This document shows positions 36,369 through 42,597 of a DNA stretch of 42,597 bases, piece after piece. The stretch comes from a virus (lineage: Duplodnaviria > Caudoviricetes). The stretch spans positions 1-42,597 of IMG/VR virus record IMGVR_UViG_3300049182_000046; one strand, given 5' to 3'. Every line of letters starts with the position of its first letter. Position 1 is the stretch's first letter. Under the pieces are notes generated by a model. That model saw nothing but the letters and a program-made list of their open reading frames with translations. It searched no databases and had not been told where the DNA came from. Both the position numbers and the translations under genes were made by a program.

Positions 36369-37421
36369 TCACAGGTATTTCACGTCGTCGCTGGTCGGCC
36401 CACTGCACGTGATGACGTCAAACCACTGCAGCGCGGAATCCCGCACTCGGTCGATCGCTTCCAGCATATTGACCTGCCCCTCTTCATCGAGGTAGTTCAT
36501 GAAGTTGAGGAACACGAAGTTCGCGCCGTTGACATCGACGGCCTCCTGCAACTGCTGCTCGGAGAATGTGAATACGCGACGCACTCTCTGCGTGACGGTG
36601 GTAAGCTCGGGTGTCTGCCCGATCGCTTCCCACGTAGTCTCGGTCTGGTCGGTGTAATGATCGCCTGAGGAAAAGCCGTCGACATTCCCTACCCGGATGG
36701 GGTAGGTCCGCGCCGACACGTAGGTCTTGACGATCAGGTGTGGCGGAATGCGGGCGTCGGCCATGGCTTGCATAACGGTGCACTCCCGGCTCGTCACTTT
36801 AGGATAGAACTCGGAGTTGATGCCGAGCGAGAACCCTTGGCTCACCTCCACGAATACACGATCCGTGTAAGCCACCTGATGAACGTGGCGACGATACATG
36901 CTGACGTTGCTCGGAAGCAGCCCCTCGAAGAAGTAGTTTTGGAAGACGGCCATCGGATCGCGGTTGATCTTGTTGGCAAGCGCCGAACCCGTGCCGGACC
37001 GGGTCCCCGCAACGGCGGCGATGGTCCCCGTCTTTTCGGCCTCCTTGTCGTAGTCCATGATCACCGCTGCCATCGGATCAACGGTGATCGAGAGCATGGG
37101 GTACTTCTCTGCCTCGGCACGGAGAATGTCGAGGTCGATGATGGCTCCCGCCGACAGGTAAACGTGGGGGGCACTTTCGTAGTCCATCAGATACCAGGCA
37201 ACAGCGAAAGTGGGCAGCTGCTTGAGCACGTGCTTTTCTTCGCCGTGATAGAACGTGTGGCCTGAGTTGGGGCCAGCGTTGCTGACGACGAGGTCGAACC
37301 ACTGGTGGCTTTCAAAAGCCTGTTTGGCGAGCCATGCGGCAAGGACACCCTTGCCAGTGGAGCCGAACTGACCGTCGACGAGAACGTGAGCGCCCGAATG
37401 TTCGAACAGGTTGTTATGCAT
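36369..37421 (-). CDS. purZ: PurZ, N6-succino-2-amino-dAMP synthetase (adenylosuccinate synthetase paralog)
   Basis: 350 aa; DGQFGSTGKG (Ser in place of the PurA catalytic Asp), NAGPNSGHT, SQGFSL..YPKVTSR, TTVTQRVRR, FLNFMNY. Confidence 0.92.
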   Translation of the reverse strand: MHNNLFEHSGAHVLVDGQFGSTGKGVLAAWLAKQAFESHQWFDLVVSNAGPNSGHTFYHGEEKHVLKQLPTFAVAWYLMDYESAPHVYLSAGAIIDLDILRAEAEKYPMLSITVDPMAAVIMDYDKEAEKTGTIAAVAGTRSGTGSALANKINRDPMAVFQNYFFEGLLPSNVSMYRRHVHQVAYTDRVFVEVSQGFSLGINSEFYPKVTSRECTVMQAMADARIPPHLIVKTYVSARTYPIRVGNVDGFSSGDHYTDQTETTWEAIGQTPELTTVTQRVRRVFTFSEQQLQEAVDVNGANFVFLNFMNYLDEEGQVNMLEAIDRVRDSALQWFDVITCSGPTSDDVKYL

Positions 37422-37932
37422 TGGCGTCGCCCTTCGGAGCGAGCTTTGCGGCCATTGCAGCGGCAGCATCGGCTTCGATCTTGGCCTCGGCGCGGAGAGC
37501 TTCAAGGTCGACCCTTTCCTGAGCGCTCTTGACGGAAACGGGCGACGCCGGGGGCTTGCCCTGACCGACCGATTCTTCACGCCTGACTTCGACGCCGCCG
37601 AGGCCAGCGGCCAGAGCGGAGTAGCCGACCTTGTCCACGAAGTTGTCAGCGTTCTTCGGATCACCGTGAACGCGACGGGCGGTCTTGAGTAGGTCCATCA
37701 TCAAGGCCACGTCTTCCTGCCGGATGATGATGTCCGGAACGTCGATGTGTTGTGACGGCTGAGGACTATAGTAGGCCATCCGGTTCGTGTTGGTGAGGTA
37801 AGTCGACCAAAAGTCGGCGATCATCTGAAAGCTGTTTTCGGCGCCTCCGTGCTGATTGCCGCGTTCCGACCCAACCACCTTGGCCGCTGCGCCCATCACG
37901 TTGATGGCGTTGTTTGCGATTTTGTTGCTCAT
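37414..37932 (-). CDS. DUF6378-like protein
   Basis: ERGNQHG..ENSFQMIADFWSTYL..DVALMMDLLKTAR..DNFVDKVGYSAL. Confidence 0.75.
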   Translation of the reverse strand: MSNKIANNAINVMGAAAKVVGSERGNQHGGAENSFQMIADFWSTYLTNTNRMAYYSPQPSQHIDVPDIIIRQEDVALMMDLLKTARRVHGDPKNADNFVDKVGYSALAAGLGGVEVRREESVGQGKPPASPVSVKSAQERVDLEALRAEAKIEADAAAAMAAKLAPKGDANA

Positions 37933-38318
37933 TTCTGTCCTTGCTCCTTGTACCATCTGCGCAATGCGTCGCAGAATGTCTCGCCGTCTTGCTGGACGAC
38001 ACAGTTGTCCACGTGGGCGACGTCTGCCTCCCGGTGGAAATAATACGGCCCCTTGGTGCCGATGCGAACTCCGATCAACGTCGAAACGCCACCGGCAGCG
38101 TTGATGTCGACCATTTCGACGTGCTGCCTCGGGCGGGGCTTGAATTGCTTGCCGGTAAATCGCTTGACTTCGGCGAAGATTACCGGTAGGTCGGGCAGCT
38201 TGAGGATGGTGTCGAGTATTCCGACGGCGTACTGGTCCTCGATGCGTCGACCATAACCACCCTCAGCACGGACCTCCCGAACCATGTCCTTTTTGTACTC
38301 GGACTCAAGCTTTCCCAC
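37929..38318 (-). CDS. VRR-NUC / Holliday-junction-resolvase-like PD-(D/E)xK nuclease
   Basis: LESE..GILD..FAEVK..PRQ motif. Confidence 0.75.
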   Translation of the reverse strand: MGKLESEYKKDMVREVRAEGGYGRRIEDQYAVGILDTILKLPDLPVIFAEVKRFTGKQFKPRPRQHVEMVDINAAGGVSTLIGVRIGTKGPYYFHREADVAHVDNCVVQQDGETFCDALRRWYKEQGQK

Positions 38319-38547
38319 AAGTGCACTCCCGTGTGCCTTCGATCAGCTTCTGGCTGAAATTGTGAAGCAGCGCCGAGGCGTAGACCACTTGACTGATCAT
38401 CTGGCGATCGTACCACACTTCGGAAATCTGGTCCTTGCGCTCGACGATGAGCACCACATGCGCAATATCATCGTCTTCGATCGCTCGGCGCAGCAACTCC
38501 CGGTAATCCAAGTATTCCGAACCGTCCATTCTTACTACGTTTGCCAT
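38305..38547 (-). CDS. hypothetical protein
   Basis: 80 aa, coupled start (TGATG). Confidence 0.65.
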   Translation of the reverse strand: MANVVRMDGSEYLDYRELLRRAIEDDDIAHVVLIVERKDQISEVWYDRQMISQVVYASALLHNFSQKLIEGTRECTCGKA

Positions 38548-38756
38548 CACGAAATCCCGTTCTTGCCAGCCCACCATTGAGTAACGTGGAACTCAAACAA
38601 GTCCATGTCGTCGCCGTAAGGGCCAAATGTGTCGATTGTTTGCGACTTCGGCAACCAAATCTCGTTGCCGCCGTACTCGATCAGTTCTGCTTTCGCAGTT
38701 CTCGGGCCAACCTTGCGGCCCTCGAATGTTATGATCTCGTCGCCTCCACGGGCCAT
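38547..38756 (-). CDS. hypothetical protein
   Basis: AGGAG RBS; TAKAELI..EIWLPKSQ motif. Confidence 0.75.
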   Translation of the reverse strand: MARGGDEIITFEGRKVGPRTAKAELIEYGGNEIWLPKSQTIDTFGPYGDDMDLFEFHVTQWWAGKNGIS

Positions 38757-38778
38757 ATCGTCTCTCCTGTCTGATCCC

Positions 38779-38807
38779 AGTGTACCACGCCAGATGGCCA
38801 CTGTCAA
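38779..38807 (-). promoter_or_regulatory. sigma70-type promoter for the Z-synthesis operon
   Basis: TTGACA-17bp-TACACT with GCGTGG. Confidence 0.8.
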
Positions 38808-38822
38808 CCCGCCCTTATGTGT

Positions 38823-40658
38823 TTAAATGTTCCAGCCCTTTTTGCCCTTCAACTTCGGCCCGTAGGACGCCTCGGACCAGTGCAGCCCTGAACCCACTTC
38901 GAAAGGGATCGGCACGATCAAGTTAAACTGTGGCTCGTGCGGCACGTTCTCGACGATGCGAACCAACTCGCGGAGCAGGTCCACTCTGCCGGGGTCGCGC
39001 TGCCAGATCAACGAGTCGTGAATGGTCAGCAGCATCTGGATCAGGTCGGGGTAGGCGTCTTCGAACTGACAAGCCCGCAAGAGGCAGGTCTTGACGTGCT
39101 CGCCGCCACTGTTCTGAATGATACGCGAAATCGCTTTGTACGAAAAGCGGGGATCGGGCAAGTAAGCGCGACGACCGAGAATGGACTTGACGTAGCCCCG
39201 TCTTTTCGCCGTCTTTTTGGCGAGGTCCTGAAAGTCCTTGATCCGGGGGAACGCGTCTTCCAGATACCGACGATGGTCGCGGTTGGCTTCGCTGAGGCTG
39301 TAACCCATATGCATCGCGAGGGTCTTGGGGGACATCATCGTCAACATGCCGAGGCCAAGACGTTTAGCGTATTCACGGTCCATTTCCAGAACGTCGGAAG
39401 CTCGCTGGTGGATATCCAACTCCCCGGTTCGGTATCCGTGGATCAGGGCCTCGTCTTCCGAGTAGTGGGTGAAGAATCGCGGCTCCTGCTGCATCGCGTC
39501 GGCCTCTTCGAGGACCATGCCGTGATCGGCGACGACGAGCGGTCGCACAACCTTACCGATGATGATGTTGCGCTTCGGGTAGGCTTGGAGATTCGGCTCG
39601 GAGCAGGAGAAACGCGACCCCGTAGCGCCGTATTCTTCCGATTTCGCTTGATTGAGAATAGCGTGTACGCGCCCGTTAATGTTGTGACTTGAAACCAGTG
39701 GGGCGATGAAGCTAGATTCCGCTTTCTCAAGCTGCCTGATGGTGAGGATATCCTGCCCCATCTGCGTCTTCTCCAACCACTTCTCACGAAAAGACAGCTG
39801 GCCATTGGGGTGCCTCGTGGTTGGATCGGTACGATCGAATTGGTGGTCCTCGAAACCGTTGGCCCGGAACAGCTGCTCCAACTCGCCGTTGGATCGTACG
39901 TTGAAGCCGGGAGGGAATTTCTGCTTCGCCGTTTCGACGGAGTCCTTCAACTGTACCGCCACTTTTTCGGCGTAGTCACCATCTATGCGTATTCCACGGT
40001 GGTGCATGCGGGCGACGTAGGGCAGTAGGTCGCACTCCAGCTGCCACGGAACACGCAGGTTATCCTCGTCGAGGATGCGCTGTTGGGACTTCCACAGTTC
40101 AAGCGTGGACACGCCGTCGCCCGTGGCGTAATCGACTACATCGAAATGGTCCCCCGGCATGCGCCAGAAGTTGCCCATGGACTTGCGATCCGGCATCCCG
40201 CCGAAGCGCTCGGCGATGGCGCGATACAGAGCGTCCCCTTTCTTCTCGGTAACCCGGTGGCGGCGAGCGCAAGCGTCGAGGCTGAGTTCAGTGGTGGTAT
40301 CGTCGATCAGCGTCTCGTTAATCTGGGTATCCTCACAGGGGGACCCGACTACGATGCCACGGCGAAGAGAGCCACGAAGATCAAAACCAAGATGATGGCC
40401 GATTGTGCGATATCCAAGACGAGTGCGCTCAGCAAAGGCGACGGCCAATTCAGCTTCAAATTCGTCCACCATCGGGATATTGCCGCCAGCTTCGTGTCGA
40501 ACTGGAACATAGACGGAGTGCTCCCAATCGGTGAAGACGTACCCCACGATGATGCTCGTGACTTCGAGGCCGTCGGTTTCAGTGTCATACGCCATTTCTG
40601 GCGAGGTGCGGACCATCCGAAGCGCGAGCGACGGGTCGATAATGCCGGTTTTGATCAT
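38823..40658 (-). CDS. dpoZ: family A DNA polymerase with 3'-5' exonuclease (DpoZ candidate)
   Basis: Exo I YDTET, Exo II HHLGFD, Exo III YATGD; motif A DAMQQEPR, motif B REYAKRLGLGMLTM, motif C TIHDS; adjacent to the purZ operon. Confidence 0.8.
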   Translation of the reverse strand: MIKTGIIDPSLALRMVRTSPEMAYDTETDGLEVTSIIVGYVFTDWEHSVYVPVRHEAGGNIPMVDEFEAELAVAFAERTRLGYRTIGHHLGFDLRGSLRRGIVVGSPCEDTQINETLIDDTTTELSLDACARRHRVTEKKGDALYRAIAERFGGMPDRKSMGNFWRMPGDHFDVVDYATGDGVSTLELWKSQQRILDEDNLRVPWQLECDLLPYVARMHHRGIRIDGDYAEKVAVQLKDSVETAKQKFPPGFNVRSNGELEQLFRANGFEDHQFDRTDPTTRHPNGQLSFREKWLEKTQMGQDILTIRQLEKAESSFIAPLVSSHNINGRVHAILNQAKSEEYGATGSRFSCSEPNLQAYPKRNIIIGKVVRPLVVADHGMVLEEADAMQQEPRFFTHYSEDEALIHGYRTGELDIHQRASDVLEMDREYAKRLGLGMLTMMSPKTLAMHMGYSLSEANRDHRRYLEDAFPRIKDFQDLAKKTAKRRGYVKSILGRRAYLPDPRFSYKAISRIIQNSGGEHVKTCLLRACQFEDAYPDLIQMLLTIHDSLIWQRDPGRVDLLRELVRIVENVPHEPQFNLIVPIPFEVGSGLHWSEASYGPKLKGKKGWNI

Positions 40659-40669
40659 TCTGTCCTCTG

Positions 40670-40716
40670 AAAAAGTGGGGTGGGTCCGTGATGCGACTAG
40701 CGCCGAAACCCACCCC
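40670..40716 (-). terminator. hairpin with U-tract immediately upstream of the polymerase RBS
   Basis: Minus strand GGGGTGGGT...ACCCACCCC-ACTTTTTC-AGAGGACAGAATG. Confidence 0.5.
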
Positions 40717-40794
40717 GTCTGACCTATGCCGCTAGAGCGCGGCGTCCTTGCATGCGTCCCCTTGAGGTACGACTAATGACCCGGACTCTGCTGG

Positions 40795-41658
40795 TCAGAA
40801 CTTGCCGCCGTCGTCGGCCTTGGACTCGCCACCGACGCGACCCGCACCAGCAGAGCCAGCACCAGCCGCTTTTTCGGTGTCGTCGCTTTCCTCACTGGCC
40901 TTCCAATCGAGTTCACGGAACTTGTCGTAGACCGCCTTCATCTTGGCGGCGAGGTCCGTATCCTCGACATAACCGGCCGAGGTGTAGGAATAGCCCTTGT
41001 ACGGGCCTTCGTCACCGACCTCGTCCGTCACGCCCATCGTGTAGACCTGATAATAGTGGTCGACCGGCTTCATTTCGATCTTGCTGATCAGACCCTTTGC
41101 GGCCTTGACGCTCGAACGGGTGTTGATGACGATCGCGGGCGACGCTTCCGGGAAATCCAGGAAGAAGAACATCATGCGATACGTCAGCGAGGCGGCGGGG
41201 CGGGAGTTCGGATCACCGGGGACAGCGGAACCGAACTTGTCGAGGCCACTTTCGGCGACCGATCCCTTGGTGTCGTACTTGACTGGTTCCTTGACGCCCT
41301 TGAGCTTGACCTCAAATTCGAGGTTAGCAAAGCCGTCGTCCCAGTTGATGCAGTCCGACGAGCGGGCGAGAACGCCGCGATCGTCGCCTCGGGGTGCCCA
41401 GAGCGTCAGTTCCTTCTTGAGGATCAGCGGCACGATCTTCAGGCTGTTGCCCATCGCCTCTTCGGAGAGGGTGTGCCAGAACTGGCCGGTGCGAGCACCG
41501 CGCTCGATGAAAGCCTCGACTTCCGGAGACGTCGACTGCAGCAGCTTGACGCGGGGAATGATCAGGTCGTTCGAGTCAATATTACCGAACGACGCCTGCT
41601 TGCCCTGCTGGAGGTGAGCAGGCAGAGCGTTGTCCTTCTGTGTGGTTACAGCGTTCAT
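40795..41658 (-). CDS. putative single-stranded DNA-binding protein
   Basis: 287 aa; DLIIPRVKLLQSTSPEV motif; acidic tail ending in Phe; upstream of the polymerase. Confidence 0.6.
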   Translation of the reverse strand: MNAVTTQKDNALPAHLQQGKQASFGNIDSNDLIIPRVKLLQSTSPEVEAFIERGARTGQFWHTLSEEAMGNSLKIVPLILKKELTLWAPRGDDRGVLARSSDCINWDDGFANLEFEVKLKGVKEPVKYDTKGSVAESGLDKFGSAVPGDPNSRPAASLTYRMMFFFLDFPEASPAIVINTRSSVKAAKGLISKIEMKPVDHYYQVYTMGVTDEVGDEGPYKGYSYTSAGYVEDTDLAAKMKAVYDKFRELDWKASEESDDTEKAAGAGSAGAGRVGGESKADDGGKF

Positions 41659-41682
41659 AGTGATATCCTTTAATGTTGAGGA

Positions 41683-42201
41683 TCAACCCTTGCGGATCGA
41701 GGTGTAGTGCTGGATACTGACCTTGAAGATATCGTCGGGCAACTCATGACCGCTTTCGAGGATATCCTTAGCAAACGCCGAAAGAGTGGAGGAGTTGACA
41801 GTCTCGACCACCAAAGACCCGTGCTCGTTTTCCTTGAGCCAACGATAGCCGACCTGCTTGCCCTCGACCGGATCGTCGATGATGGAGCAGGACGTCTTGT
41901 TGGCGATGGACACGGAACCCACGCCCTCGATCTTGAACGGCGGCTTTTCACCGGTTCGGGTCTTGAGATCGCGGACGATGTCGGGGATACGCACCTTGGA
42001 CAGGTCTTCCTCGATTTCTTCGAGGGCTTTGCGAGCCTGTTTGATTAGCTCGACGGCACCGCGCAGCTTGGCGAAGTGCTTGATGACAACAACGTGGTTG
42101 CCAGTCTGGAGGGCCTCGTGGGTGTCCTCCCTTACCATTGCGGCGACCTTGGTCATACCATCGGCCACCTGCATCAGCGTAGTCTCTGTCTCTTGCTTCA
42201 T
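41683..42201 (-). CDS. phage replication-module hypothetical protein
   Basis: 172 aa; GGAG RBS; WLKENEHGSLVVETVNSSTLSAF motif. Confidence 0.8.
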   Translation of the reverse strand: MKQETETTLMQVADGMTKVAAMVREDTHEALQTGNHVVVIKHFAKLRGAVELIKQARKALEEIEEDLSKVRIPDIVRDLKTRTGEKPPFKIEGVGSVSIANKTSCSIIDDPVEGKQVGYRWLKENEHGSLVVETVNSSTLSAFAKDILESGHELPDDIFKVSIQHYTSIRKG

Positions 42202-42246
42202 CGTACTCTCCGTTGCACCGATCAGGTCCTCCCCGATCGTGCTTTG

Positions 42247-42275
42247 ATTATACCACGCAGCGGGGCGGCAGTCAA
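42247..42275 (-). promoter_or_regulatory. sigma70-type promoter for the replication operon
   Basis: TTGACT-17bp-TATAAT with GCGTGG. Confidence 0.85.
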
Positions 42276-42293
42276 GTGTACTTCGAATACGAC

Positions 42294-42328
42294 GAACCCC
42301 GCCACGAGGACAGTCGTGGCGGGGTTCG
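42294..42328. terminator. strong hairpin (about 15-bp stem)
   Basis: CGAACCCCGCCACGA-GGACAG-TCGTGGCGGGGTTCG; no U-tract on either side. Confidence 0.55.
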
Positions 42329-42550
42329 AAGGAGGGTTCATTTGCTGTTCAATCGATTTGCCAAGTCTTCCGGGAAACCCCGCTCGGTAGAGTCGATCGC
42401 AGTCGGCTGATGTACCCACAACGCATCCACTGCCTTCTAAGGAGAACGTTGCAACTCTCCTTCGAAACCTGAACCCCTTGAGCCTACGGGGGCAACTAGA
42501 ACGAGACTTAGCTTTCGCAAGCGCCTGGCCCTTGGACGCCCCATACCCCT

Positions 42551-42572
42551 CGTTCTAATTACCAAAATCGTC
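42551..42572. repeat. 22-bp perfect inverted repeat with 92-113
   Basis: cgttctaattaccaaaatcgtc is the reverse complement of gacgattttggtaattagaacg. Confidence 0.95.
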
Positions 42573-42597
42573 AGGGCTTACACCACTTGGCCTACGC

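Noticed and set aside
36369-37664. Annotation as ordinary PurA, and the 431-aa extended ORF
   Set aside because: GSTGKG and NFMN indicate PurZ. The 81-residue N-terminal extension overlaps the DUF6378-like gene; the likely start is 37421.
42330-42550. tRNA or tmRNA gene
   Set aside because: Hairpins are present but I could not build a cloverleaf with proper D and T arms. A tRNAscan-SE or ARAGORN run would settle it.
42551-42597. Retron ncRNA or inverted terminal repeat as explanation of the 22-bp inverted repeat
   Set aside because: No reverse transcriptase is recognisable in the window, and the two copies lie 91 and 25 nt from the ends, so they are not symmetric termini.
1-42597. Lysogeny module or phage-encoded RNA polymerase
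   Set aside because: No integrase, repressor pair or T7-like RNAP motifs are recognisable in any ORF.

Overview
This looks like an essentially complete, circularly permuted, high-GC lytic podovirus-type phage genome. No integrase or phage RNA polymerase is visible. A leftward early/middle arm runs from about 12.7 kb down to 165 and continues across the window junction into the replication arm (42.2 kb to 33.9 kb). A rightward late arm (13.2-33.8 kb) carries terminase, portal, scaffold, capsid, lysis, tail and ejection genes. The replication arm encodes a full 2-aminoadenine (Z) genome module: PurZ (GSTGKG and NFxN motifs), a MazG-like protein (MazZ candidate), an HD phosphohydrolase (DatZ), a DUF6378-like protein and a family A polymerase with DpoZ-like substitutions. 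The most striking feature is at the start of the early arm. The + (template) strand is almost free of adenine over about 860 nt (12113-12663 and 12727-13035). The first early gene (12302-12613) is written with no U apart from its AUG and UAA, and is followed by a U-free RNA segment with GNRA-type hairpins. My hypothesis is a bootstrap system that lets host RNA polymerase start on a Z genome from a Z-free template. Other notable items are a three-member paralogous domain family, a 53-bp RNA hairpin, a structured non-coding region across the junction, and 12 near-consensus extended -10 sigma70 promoters. All family assignments come from motif recognition by eye; no database searches were run.
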